A DNA stretch of 64,000 nucleotides from assembly GCF_001194135.2 (NCBI RefSeq), contig NC_068983.1, positions 143,733,621 through 143,797,620 of the forward strand, given 5' to 3'. The position numbers were made by a program, and so were the translations under genes. The stretch comes from Octopus bimaculoides. Its lineage: Eukaryota. Under the pieces are notes generated by a model. That model worked only from the letters and a program-made list of their open reading frames with translations, ran no database searches and was not told the DNA's origin. This document shows positions 26,009 to 38,512 of this stretch, one piece after another (position 1 is the stretch's first letter; every line of letters begins with the position of its first letter).

Positions 26009-26298
26009 TACATTATTTACATTTGATGGATATTTGTCCTCATTTTGTTTGTTGTTAACTATTCCATATGCCCACGGGAATATGGCGTAGTGATTAAGAG
26101 TGCAGGCTACTAACCCTAAGATTCCGAGTTCGATTCCTGGCAGTGACCTGGATAATAATATCGAAAAATACCTTAGGAATGAAAACCCAGGTTCAAAATT
26201 TCCTCAAGACACCTGATGAAGGCTGGAGGGTATATCAGCCGAAATGTGTTAACAACAAACAAGATGAGGACAAATATCTGTCAAATGTAAATAATGTA
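26009..26298 (+). mobile_element. tRNA-headed element with a hammerhead-like core, bounded by a 51-bp inverted repeat
   Basis: A box tggcgtagtgatta (about 26083) and B box gagttcgattcc (about 26126). GACAC-CTGATGA-A-GGCTG(10)CAGCC-GAAA-T-GTGTT spans 26208-26250. Segment 26009-26059 is the reverse complement of 26248-26298 with 3 mismatches. Confidence 0.75.
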
Positions 26299-26561
26299 CA
26301 TAATTTGTCATCTCTTAAATATACAACTGTACCATGCAATATGTGGTATAATCTACTGTTCTTTTGCTGATTTAATTTAAACTGTGATCATACTGGGGCA
26401 CCACTTTTGAAGGTTTTTAGTCAATCATATCAATCCTACTAACTCAGTTGACCATTTCTTTTATCAACCTCTAGATAATGAATTGCTAAATTTGTGTTTT
26501 CAAATTAACACCTACCTATTTGTGTATATATATATATATGTATGTGTGTCTGTATAGCCAT

Positions 26562-26965
26562 ATCATCATCATTGTTTTAACATCTACTTTTCATGTATAT
26601 GTGTCAAACAGAATTCATTGGGGTAGATTTTCTATGGCTGGATGCTCTTTCTGTCACTAATCCTCACCTGTTTCTATGTAAGGTAATATAAGGTAATATA
26701 GTCTGCTTTGGTTGGACATGTTTTTATGGAAGATTAGAAACAAAAGACACCACATTTATGGCTGACATTGTTTACAAGTATTGCACAGACACACATGCAT
26801 GCAATGGGCTTCTTGAGTTTCCATCTGACAAATCTACTCAGAAGGCTTAGGTAGACTTGTGGCTATAGGTAGGCTTAGGTAGACTTGAGGCTATAGACCT
26901 TTGCCCAAGTTCACATGCATTGAGACTGAACCTAAAACCAGGTAGTTGGGAAGCCACACAGTCAT
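26562..26965 (-). mobile_element. Composite family A SINE
   Basis: (CAT)n tail, middle with a small internal tandem duplication (aggcttaggtagacttg x2), head ...ctttgcccaagtt..gactgaacctaaaaccagg. Confidence 0.6.
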
Positions 26966-27964
26966 GCCTGTGTTTAGTGCATGCATGCATGCATGCACAC
27001 ACACTTTTTTTTCTTGAAGATTGTTTTCCCAACTTTTGTTTCATGGTTCATGACAAGTACTATTTTTCACCAAGGCAGTACTGCATTCTATGCATAACAG
27101 AATGTTTATAAACTGTTTCCAACTTGTCACACATCTATACCAAGTCTAAGAAGACACAAAATTGTGATAGACCAGTTTCTGCGTATGCTTTCTTAACTTC
27201 AATTTGCTGCAAAACTAAACTTCACAGCCAAGTTATGGGTATTTATCTATTTTACTAAGTCAGAAGAAACAGAACAGTCCTGTGCAGGCTCTCCTAGATT
27301 TGAATTAACCTAGATAATAGAATTTGTAACTTTTATATATATAAGATGGTTGAGTGAAGCTAATGAAGTTATTTAGTGTAAATGTTTTTAGGTTACTGAT
27401 TCATTGGAAAACATAAGAAGAGAAAAAAGTGGTTTTATGAATTATCGCCATGGTAAAAATGAAAGAAACAGTTTTAATGTGTGTCATTATAGGTGAATGT
27501 AGTATGATCAATAAGTTTAACCCTTTCGTTACCATATTTATTTTGAGATGCTCTGTGTTTCTTTCAATTAATTTTAAATGTAACTAAGAATTTAGTAAAA
27601 TAATTTAAGTTACCATTAAGCTAGTGTTAGGAACATAAATTGTGACTAAGGTTTGGTGGAAGATTTTAATTCAAAACTTATGAGAACAAGACATTTGTAC
27701 TACAGTGCCAGAGGTGGTCTCAGCCAGATTGGTATCGAAAGAGTTAAGGAAGTAGTGACCATCCTTGTCGTTGTAAAAAGGAGAGAACACCCAAATAGCT
27801 AGAATGTGTTGTTGTGGAAATGTCTGTTCATCAGGTAGTTTTCCTTTTTCTTTTCCTGAGACATTGGTACTTGATTGGTAGGTACAGCATTCCAGATGTA
27901 TGCATGGTACTATATTGTCTGGTGTGTGTTTAATCAACAATTATTTATTTTCTGTAGTATTTTA

Positions 27965-28150
27965 TCATCATCACCATCATCTAACATCCATGCTCCATGT
28001 TGGCATGGGTTGGACAGTTTGACAGTAACTGATGTGTCCAATGACAATGTCTGCTTGGTGTTGCTTTTATGGCTGGATGCTCTTCCTAATGCCAACCACT
28101 TAGTGTGGACTGGGTGCTATTTTTGTACCACCAGCACTATTGAGGTTGCC
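27965..28150 (-). mobile_element. RTE-type 3' UTR fragment
   Basis: catcatctaacatccatgctccatgttggcatgggttggac...ggctggatgctcttcctaatgccaaccac. Confidence 0.65.
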
Positions 28151-28907
28151 CTGCAGTTTGCAGGACTATAAGTCCTGGGGTAGGTGGTGCGGGTCAGCTT
28201 CATAAATCAAAACCTTTTCTGTGTATGAGAATTGTGTTTGGCTACCATGCAAAGTGTTCAAATTGTAAGATCAGTATTAGTGAGGAATGTGATGCTTTTT
28301 ATCTGTGAGTTGTTCATGAGTAGTGAGAAAGTAATTTTGCATGTTCACTTTTTAGGTTTTAGAGTGTGGCTCAAATGTTAACCTTGAATTGAAGGATGTT
28401 TGGCAGGATATCCTTGTCTAGCAGAAGTTTCTGAAGCTTGTGGGTAATGTCTCATTCTGGTTCAGCTCTGTGTCTCTAATCTTTTCTTTTAGGTGATAGC
28501 TTTCCTGATAATTTCTTTCTTAGTAACCATATTCATCCACCAGTTAAGTTCTCTATTCATTGTCTCTTTTATTTTGACTCCAACCAGTTATCTTCTCTCA
28601 GAACCAGGTACTATTTTAGTGGTTTTTGTTAATCCCATGCTCAAATCAACTTACCAGCATAGTTCAGATTCTCATAGCTGATAAATTGCTCTGTTCATTT
28701 GAAGACATCCAGATTAAAATGATACTTTCTAGTACTTTTAGAACATTATTTGGTGTTTAGTAATTTGCTCAAAATAAATTTATATTAACAAAGAAAAAAG
28801 GCTTAGATGCATGATCTCTACCCATCTAACATTGATTATGCTAAACTATCGAAGATAACATATCATTCTTTCACTCACTTTCTTCTGTTTTTTTTTTTGT
28901 CTTGTAG

Positions 28908-29053
28908 AGTTCACTGGAGTACATAACTTTTGCTGCCATATCAAAAATGATTGCTGCTGCAGCAACATATCCATACCAAGTTGTTCGATCACGGCTTCAA
29001 GACCAACATGCATCCTATGTGAGTTGTAGAGACGTCATAGAAAAAACATGGAG
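28908..29053 (+). CDS. SLC25A32: SLC25A32-like carrier exon (probably exon 6)
   Basis: cttgtag acceptor and gtaagc donor. Translates [48 protein letters not shown](R), containing the [13 protein letters not shown] motif typical of SLC25A32. Confidence 0.97.
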
Positions 29054-29770
29054 GTAAGCCACTATTTCTTTTCTGGAGGAACTTGCAAGTGTCTCTCTTT
29101 CTTTCTTTTTTTCATTCTTTTGCCTCTTCATTTCATGGGGGTGGGGAAGGACCTGTGTAGTCATTTTTTTGTATCTTACATTCACACAAAGATGTAAAAA
29201 TAATATTCATTTATATGGTCTAATTTGATGTTTGTAAATTTTTTTTGATAAAAAAAAAATGAATTTTCATTTTTATGGCTGATAAGGTGTTGATAGTTAA
29301 TCATGTCATGTCAATGTGTTTTATGGCCATGACATGTAACTCGCAAATGAGTTGAGTGCAAGCACGACTGTGGTTAAGAAGTTTGCTTCACAATCACATG
29401 GTTTTGGATTTTGTTATCCTGCACAATGCCTTGGGTTAGTGTCTTCTTCCACAGCCTTGGGTTGGCTAATACTTTGTCTGTGGGAGGACTGAAGATAGAC
29501 CGTAGCTGTGGAAACCCATCATATATATGAATGTGTGTGTGTGTTAGTCCGTATGTCCATGTCCTTTGCTGTTGTATATTGACTCTAAAGGATCTAAACA
29601 TTGGCAAGAAAACTGAAAAACCAATGCACTTCATATAGATTCTCTTGTGATGTTGTATATAGTTATATACACCCATGTCATTTTGGTTTTAGAAATAGTT
29701 TTGAAAGTCTGCAAACAGTGATTACAATGTAGGTAGCTAATTTATATTTGAGAGACTTCATGAGAACAAA

Positions 29771-29959
29771 GTTTACAGTGGTTATTAATTATTGTTTAAA
29801 TGAAGTAGAGCACTGAAAATGGCTGAGAATATAGAACACTAGAATGAATGGATTTCATGACTTAGTTTCATTCTTTTCCATTCAGAGTTCAAATTCCACT
29901 GGAGCTATATTTGTCTTCATCAAGGAGATTGATTAAAATAAGTTCCAGTGATTTATAAT
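29771..29959 (+). repeat. Inverted-repeat arm 2; degenerate SINE-like head plus flank
   Basis: Partner of 25568-25722; contains the B-box-like gagttcaaattcc. Confidence 0.9.
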
Positions 29960-32900
29960 GGTGTCGATCTCTGTAGGCTTTACCTCTTGTCTTTACTTGA
30001 ATGTCCTCTTTTATAAAGAAATAACTGACTGATTGCCAGGGTGGATATTGAAATCCATTTATCATTTTATGGGAAAAAAAAATCAACTTTCAAATCTTTT
30101 TAATTTTTAAAAATAAATTTATTCATAAATTTGATATTGAAAATTTAATCATTCAAAGTTTCTCTTTTGTTGAACGCGTCATAAAATTTGGGTTTTGAAG
30201 TGTATCTAATGTAAAGAATAGTACATGTGAGAGGATTGGGTATTGTTTATTACATTAATGTTGATTTGATTTCAGATTGTAGTATGAAGTGTGTTTGTGA
30301 AGATAGCTGATGAATTAGGTCAAGGAGAGAGAAACTGAGATTGTGTTAGGCATAATTAAACATGTCACATTTTACCTTCATGTAGATTATCCTCAACCCA
30401 ATAACAGGAGCAAAAATTATATAGTTATATTTAAAAAGAAGAAATTTATAAAGATATTTTTTTTGCTACTTAAGTTATTTATGTGTAATTTAAGCAATAC
30501 AAATTGTATAATTATGTGATTCAAGCAACTCAAATTATGTATATGTGTAGGAAAGATATGAGGCCTAGCAGTTAGCGTGTTAGGCCCACAATCATGGTCA
30601 TGGATTTGATTCCTGAGCCAGATGGAGCATTTCTCATTGCTTGTTGTCTACTCTGCTGAAAATGATTACCAGTTGGCTATTGGTGAAGTCTCCTCTGACC
30701 TCTTATGCTCTAATGGGTTAAGTGTGAGGGGCCTAAGAGAGTGCTTGTGTCTAAATAGGCACCTAAAACAATTAGTGAAAGCATGATGCAAGTTACGATC
30801 ATACAGCTAAACATTTTATTTTCATGTAGATCCTTAAAATAGCATTGGCTTAACAGTAAACAGTTGTAGATTTTTTGAGTAAAATTAAACAAAAATATCT
30901 TAAGTATTTCTGTTCTTTTTTCCTTAGTTATTTTGAATAAGGCATTGAATAGTTAAGTATTTGTGAAATTTCACTACTCATTAAGGTTCATTCTTGGAAT
31001 GAAGTGGTGAAAGCTGACCTGAAGATTTTACATCCCATGGCTTGAGAATATTTTAATGAATCTGCATTTCTTCTAGTAATGCTAAACTTGGCTGTATATT
31101 CTAATTATCTTTCAAAATAATTTTGCTTTTGGAGGTGTTTAATTAAGACATTTTTTTATTGATATGTTTAGAATATAATTGTCAGTTTTTATTAGAATTT
31201 TAATTAGTAACATGAATGGTCTTGGGTGTGATGATATTATTGGGGGAAAATAGAAATAAAAGTTACGCTCATTAAGCAGTATAAGCTGTTGTAGTAAGTT
31301 TAATATTTGCTAAAATATATTTCCTTTGTTGGAATATATTTTAAAACTGTTCATATACTATTTGATATTTTGCTATTATGTGTGATGTGGGTTAAATTAT
31401 TTTGTGTTAATCTCTGTTAATGATGTCAACTTTACATCTCATAAGCCAACCTAAATGTACTTTACATTTGTCTCACCATATAATTAGAGATTGTGTTAAA
31501 GTGTCAATTGGTAGGTTTAGTTTAAAAATGTCAGACAGTAGGATATTTATAAAAAGTGATGTTTTCGAAATGTAATTTTAATTTAATGTTTTATATATGA
31601 TTTAAGAAATTGTATCATTTTTAGTTTAAAATCTACTGATTTTAATGTAAGCATCAAATTTGAAAATACTTTCCCAAAACCTATCACCAATGTCTTGGTG
31701 TTTTATTGTTCTAAGATCAAATTCTGCTGAGATTGAACTTTTGCCTCTGGGATTTATAAAGTTAGTCTTAGTAAGGTGCAGGAGTTGATTCAGTCATCTG
31801 TGTAACCTGTTTACTATATTTTTTCTAAATGATTTTGTTTTAAATGTTTAAAAATTATTTATATAAATGAACAAATTCATATTGTGGTATTTATAATCAG
31901 TTTTCAGTATGAAATTAAGAAGCACCTACTAGAGACTGTTTATATTGTTTGCATTGTCTTGTTTGGCATGAACAAATGAAGTTGGCTATTTTTCCACATT
32001 TACCCTTAACATATCCTTAAGTAAGGGGTAAACTCTGTGATTATGTCTCTCCCAGGTTAAGATCTGAATAAGAATAAGCTGAAAGTCTTATTTAATGGTT
32101 GGGGTGATATATAAAGGCTGTAATACTTGAAATATTCTAGTGCCTTTCTTACTACTTCTATAAATGATTCTTCTATGTTGTGCAATATTCTTACAAGTGA
32201 TTCTGGGTAAGGCTTCCCAAGGAGTCACTGGCTAGGGCACAGTAACCAACTCAGGTCAGTAGCCTAGTGTTGGAGGCCAAGATGTGTTTCAGGTAGAGTC
32301 ATTCAGTTGTGACTAACAGCTTGGAAAGGAATGGTGCTGCTAAGCTAACTTGCTCATGATACATTCATGATGATGACAAGCAAACTAGAATCCATTCTGG
32401 ATCAGTTGTCACCCAGATTAACATCAAAGAGTGGACAAACCTCAATTTTGCCAACTCATTATTGGGTAACAAAAGACAGAGAAGTGGCAAAATCTGGTTG
32501 TGATGTCATCACAAATACCCCAGTGATCACATGGTCAAGGGATAGGAAGAAAGGAAAGATTCTTACAATTCTAAACCATGTCCAATAGAGTTTTTCTTTT
32601 ATTTTGGATGTTTGTGTAATTCAAAAGGAGAAATAGATTTTATTGTGAAATAAAAAATTTTAATTCCTAATTTTGTATAATCATGCAAAACTGACTGTGG
32701 GAATTATATATTTGATAGAGCAGAAAAAGTTTTCCTGACTCTGAACTGCAGAGACCCTATTTTTCTTGTAGAGATATAAGATTTTCCATGTGCTGCTAAT
32801 TGTTGCTCTAAGGGTGACATAGCTCAAAAGTAATTTGTAAAACCTTGTTGTACAGGCTTTTTTTGATGGTGAGATACATAGAATTTATAACAACAGGAAC

Positions 32901-34174
32901 AACAACAATAATAATGTGCTGCTTGCTTATTATTAAAAATTCACTTTAACTTGGTAACTTTTATAATTAAAATGCTTCAAGTACATCCTGCAGATCTTTC
33001 ATATCTAAACAAATTCAGCAACACCAAAAAAACGTTTTTTTTTGTGCCTTTCATTGTGAGATAGAATGGAGGAATACAATAAAAAGATGAATGTGATTAT
33101 AGCAATGAAACTATTATTGGATGAAATCTATCCATTGAAATATTGAGGGAGTATGACATGATGTTTGAGACTACTTTATGAAAATCTTAATCTTGGCAAA
33201 ATTTGTTGAGGTATAAGAGTGTAAACATCAGTCAGAGTGTGTATTTAGCAAACACTTGTGCATGTATAGGAGAGTTGTGTGAATGCAAACATATACATTA
33301 AAAAAGATATTTGAGATAAAATATTAAAATCTTATGAGATATATTTTGTAACTCTAGTTACTGTTTTGTCAATTTATTTATCTTTCCACTTCAGTCTACT
33401 TTGGAATAGAACAGGTTTATTATATCTGTGCCTCTCACTGTGTCTTATCTGGGATTTCATTTCAGTTCAATTTGCTAATGTTATCTCTCTCTAGCATGCT
33501 TTGTACTTAAATTGTGTGAGAATTTATCTGTAGTTTTAGTTGCATGCAGTGAAGACTAACATGTTTTATGTTCTATAATTATTATTTATCATCAGTTGAT
33601 ACGAGATGTGTCCTTGTGTTTGTCACACTGCTGGTAAGCAATGCTATAACAATAATGATGACCAACTGAAAGAAAAGTCCTATGTCTTGTGGCTACAACA
33701 AAGTCAGTGGACATAAACGATGGGGTATCGGAATAAATGTCTTATATTCAGTACTTGACCCTTTAACATTCAAACCAGCCAGATCAAGCCTCTTACACCT
33801 ACCTTGCAATGTTATTCTGAAAGTAAACAACCAATTATCAAAATCCTGAAGATGAGATAATATATGATTTCTTCAACGTAATGTGAATGAATAAGCATTA
33901 CATTTGATTGAGTAATCTTAATACTAAAAGGTTGTCTAATACCTCTATTTTTTCTTAGAAAATTGTGTGGTTGATATGACTTTTTAACTTTTTGGAGTTG
34001 AGAAAACACTTCTCGGAATCTACTGCAGTCACTCCAGCTGTCTGCACTACTCTGTAAATTTCTGACTTTGTATCATTATGAGAAATAGAAAATTTATCAA
34101 GAATATAATGAAAGGGAACTGACATTTTCAATGGCAAGTGTATGCTATGATGTCAAATGTTTTTAAAGAATGTA

Positions 34175-34545
34175 AGTAGCTTGCTGACCAACCACATGGT
34201 TCTGGGTTCATTCACACTGCATGGCACCTTGGGCAAGTGTCTTCTACTGTAGCTTCGAGCCGACCAAAGCCTTGTGAGTGGATTTGGTAGATGGAAACTG
34301 AAAGAAGCCCGTCATATATATGTATATATGTATGTGTGTGTATATGTTTGTCCCCCCAACATCGCTTGACAACCGATGCTGGTGTGTTTACGTCACCGTA
34401 ACTTAGCGGTTCGGCAAAAGAGACCGATAGAATAAGTACTAGGCTTCCAAAGAATAAGTCTTGGGGTCGACTTGATCGACTAAAGGCGGGCCTCCAGCAT
34501 GGCCGCAGTCAAATGACTGAAACAAGTAAAAGAGAGTAAAGAGTA
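34175..34545 (+). mobile_element. Relatively young tRNA-derived SINE (family A head with a different tail)
   Basis: Head ...ggcaccttgggcaagtgtcttctactgtagc..gaccaaagccttgtgagtggatttggtagatggaaactgaaagaagcccgtc, then a CpG-retaining tail cgtaacttagcggttcggcaaaagagaccgatagaataagtact...ctccagcatggccgcagtc..gactgaaacaagtaaaag. Confidence 0.8.
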
Positions 34546-34736
34546 ATGCAGTATTTATATTAAGTTTGTATTATGTTGTTGAAAAGTGTATTTCTTTTCT
34601 AATTTAACTGAAGTTTGTTATATCATCATTATAAATTATTCCTGAATTATTTATTTATAATGTAATCTTATTAATGGCCCTCCTCCCACCAAAAGAATGT
34701 GTATCAGCTACCATGGTTATGCATATAAACTATATA

Positions 34737-35010
34737 TCATCATCATTTAATGTCCATTTTCCATGCTGGTGTGTGTTGGATGGTTTAATTGGGGTTGTTT
34801 TGGCAGGGTTTTTATTGCTGGATGCCCTTCCTAACACCAACCATCTTACAAAAGTTAAGCTCCAAAAGTTTTCATCATCATCATTTAATGTCTGCTTTCT
34901 ATACAGGCATGGGTTGGACGGTTTGACATGGAACTGGCTAGCAGGGAGCTGTCCAGACTCCAGCTATCTGCTGTAGCATGGTTTCTACAGCTGGATGCCC
35001 TTCCTAATGC
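34737..35010 (-). mobile_element. Two adjacent RTE-type tail fragments
   Basis: Two (CAT)n-ttaatgtc..gcatgg..ggatgcccttccta units, at 34737 and about 34873. Confidence 0.65.
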
Positions 35011-35574
35011 CAATGTATATACTTTAGTTGATTTGGTTGCTTTCTGTTTATCCTGTTACTCATTAACTTTTTGAAGTTTGAAAACAAAATGTGTATTATT
35101 GGGAAGGCAAATATAAGACCTATTTAATGTTGAATGTAATTGTTATCTTAAGCCTTACTTTTAGGATAACTCAATTTGTATGGAGACCTTAATATGTATC
35201 AAGGTATTAATTGCTCTTTATGATTGACTCTCTTAGAGTTACTGATTATAGCTTTTCTAATGTTACAAATGCTTGAGAAAGGAATGAATATCAAAATGTC
35301 ATTCCTCTTTTATATTTCCCTAAGCAATATATAAGTATGTAATGTTGTTTTCTTTCTAAATAGAAAGTGTTTCTATTTGCTAGAAGCATGCTTGAATTAG
35401 TAGAGAACTTGTAAAGCTATTATGCATCAACTTCCCTTTTTAAATAGACTTCTGAAATATTGAAAATTATGCTATGTTAGAAATAAGGCCCTGAAAAAAA
35501 TTAATATATTGAATTAGTGAAATTAAATGCTGACTATAATATTTGGGAAAATTCATCACATATTATAGGTGCAG

Positions 35575-35915
35575 ATTTTGTGGTTAAGAAGTTTGCTTCC
35601 CAATGACATGGTTTTAGGTTCGGTCCCACTGCATGGCACCTAGACCAGGTGTTGTCTACCATAGTCACAGGCTGACCAAAGCCTTGTAAGTGGATTTGGG
35701 AGATGGAAAATGTAAGAAGTCTGCATGTCTTCTTGACTTGACATCGCATGATATAAGTGAGTGTCATTTATTTGTAAATATGTCTGGTCATGAAGAAATA
35801 TCTGTTTGGAAACAGGTGACAGTTGACAACAGGAAAGGCATCCAGCCATAGAATATATGCTTCAATAAACTGTTTGACCCATGCAAGCATGGGAAAGTAG
35901 ATGTTCAAATGATGA
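35575..35915 (+). mobile_element. Composite family A SINE, sense orientation
   Basis: tgtggttaagaagtttgcttcccaatgacatgg...ggcacc...gaccaaagccttgtaagtggatt... ending gatgttcaaatgatgatgat. Confidence 0.75.
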
Positions 35916-38138
35916 TGATAAATAACAAATCTCATAAATTCTGACATTACAGTGGTAAATTTGCTTTATTGTAACTGACTTAGTGATCTTTGTTTCTAAC
36001 TTCATACAGTTCAGAGGAAACCTTAAAGCTTCATAAAATAGAAACCATACTGGGGTTCAATCAAGAAGCTAGTTATTCTATCTCTGCTTTTTTTCTTTTT
36101 GTAAAGAAAAGAAGAAAAAAGCCTTCTCCCAGTGATTTACATTGGATTGAAACTGTTGTAATGGGGATTGCTGCCTGAAGTATTAACTGTTTATACTTGT
36201 ACTGGACCACCCATGACCTGTTGGGTCACTATTGAAATGAAAGTTAATTTTATGATGATTCAGTTAAATATTTCAATTTGTTCGTATTATCATAAGTCTG
36301 GTTTACAAGTTCATGTTTACGGTTTTATTGATTATTTACTGCATCTAATAGAAATAGAACTCCCGGGATAAACTTGAACTCCAGTAACAGCATTTATTTA
36401 GTATGTGCACATTTCTACAAAAATGCAAAAGGAATTGTTATATAACGTAAACATAAAATTAATGGAAATAATTTTCACAGTATTATATATTCCCATTTCA
36501 GGGTTACGTTACTTTCAGAGTATTTTCCCATAATGTTCCATTTTGGGTATCTATGAAGGTACCCCAAAAAACTATGTATCTCGGGAATCTGTGGTCTGAT
36601 TTACAGGAAACTTGTTTTATTCTGTTTGTATTCACATTTCAGGGGTACCTTACTTTTAGAGTATTTTCCCATTTTGCACCATATTGGCTGTATCAAATTA
36701 CAAGCAGGCACATATGTAAGCATGCATGCAAGCAATCGCAAAGTTTTAGTAGATTAAAATTATCCTTGGCAAAAACTCCAAGTGTATCTTATAGAATAGT
36801 GTGTGCACAAGTGTGTGCCGGTTTTATTTTTCATATTCTCTTATGTGTTCATTCTGTGTTACACTTATGTATTTAAATGTTAGTACATTTGTATTTATAA
36901 GCCTTTCTTTGATAGATTTTTTGTAATTGTATCAATCTGTAATTTATAAAGTAGCGACATAATATTTTGAATAATTGTGATTGTGAAACACATAGGAAAC
37001 AAAAGTAAAAACATCTGCCCCTTTCCTGTTATTCCTGCACTCACAAATGTATAACTTACCCATATACAGACATACACTCACACACATTTTTATACTTTTA
37101 TGTGTTCATACTTTTATGTGTGAGTGTGTGTATGTGTGCGCACGTGCATGTGCACACACATACACAATTATATATATGAATGTGTGTCTATCTATCTATC
37201 TATCTACTATCTATCTATCTATCTGCCTGGCCGGCCGACCGGTCGGTCAAGATATTAGTGCATTACGGCACTAATACCTTGACATCCTTGTTACTTATTT
37301 GCTTTTTATTCACCTTACTCCAAGCTGTGCAGATAATACCGGACTGACTTGGCGCCCCAACTTAAAGTACCTCAAGTTATCTGAATCTTATATATATATA
37401 TATATATATATATNNNNNNNNNNNNNNNNNNNNNNNNNNNNNNNNNNNNNNNNNNNNNNNNNNNNNNNNNNNNNNNNNNNNNNNNNNNNNNNNNNNNNNN
37501 NNNNNNNNNNNNNNNNNNNNNNNNNNNNNNNNNNNNNNNNNNNNNNNNNNNNNNNNNNNNNNNNNNNNNNNNNNNNNNNNNNNNNNNNNNNNNNNNNNNN
37601 NNNNNNNNNNNNNNNNNNNNNNNNNNNNNNNNNNNNNNNNNNNNNNNNNNNNNNNNNNNNNNNNNNNNNNNNNNNNNNNNNNNNNNNNNNNNNNNNNNNN
37701 NNNNNNNNNNNNNNNNNNNNNNNNNNNNNNNNNNNNNNNNNNNNNNNNNNNNNNNNNNNNNNNNNNNNNNNNNNNNNNNNNNNNNNNNNNNNNNNNNNNN
37801 NNNNNNNNNNNNNNNNNNNNNNNNNNNNNNNNNNNNNNNNNNNNNNNNNNNNNNNNNNNNNNNNNNNNNNNNNNNNNNNNNNNNNNNNNNNNNNNNNNNN
37901 NNNNNNNNNNNNNNNNNNNNNNNNNNNNNNNNNNNNNNNNNNNNNNNNNNNNNNNNNNNNNNNNNNNNNNNNNNNNNNNNNNNNNNNNNNNNNNNNNNNN
38001 NNNNNNNNNNNNNNNNNNNNNNNNNNNNNNNNNNNNNNNNNNNNNNNNNNNNNNNNNNNNNNNNNNNNNNNNNNNNNNNNNNNNNNNNNNNNNNNNNNNN
38101 NNNNNNNNNNNNNNNNNNNNNNNNNNNNNNNNNNNNNN

Positions 38139-38415
38139 TTCATCATCATCATCATCGTTTAACGTCCGCTTTCCATGCTAGCATGGGTTGGACGATTTGA
38201 CTGAGGACTGGTGAAACCGGATGGCAACACCAGGCTCCAGTCTGATTTGGCAGAGTTTCTACAGCTGGATGCCCTTCCTAACGCCAACCACTCAGAGAGT
38301 GTAGTGGGTGCTTTTACGTGTCACCCGCACGAAAACGGCCACGCTCGAAATGGTGTCTTTTATGTGCCACCCGCACAAGCCAGTCCAGGGGCACTGGCAA
38401 CGATCTCGCTCGAAA
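38139..38415 (-). mobile_element. Young RTE 3' UTR copy
   Basis: Nearly identical to 24817-25026 over about 210 bp (about 4 substitutions and one 2-bp indel). Confidence 0.88.
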
Positions 38416-38478
38416 ATCCTACTTTTTTACATGTACTTAAACACACAAACATGTGTATGTAAATGTGTGTGTGTGCGT

Positions 38479-38512
<34 letters not shown>

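Noticed and set aside
26076-26150. Possible functional tRNA gene
   Set aside because: A and B boxes are present but the acceptor stem does not close, and the sequence continues into a SINE-like body.
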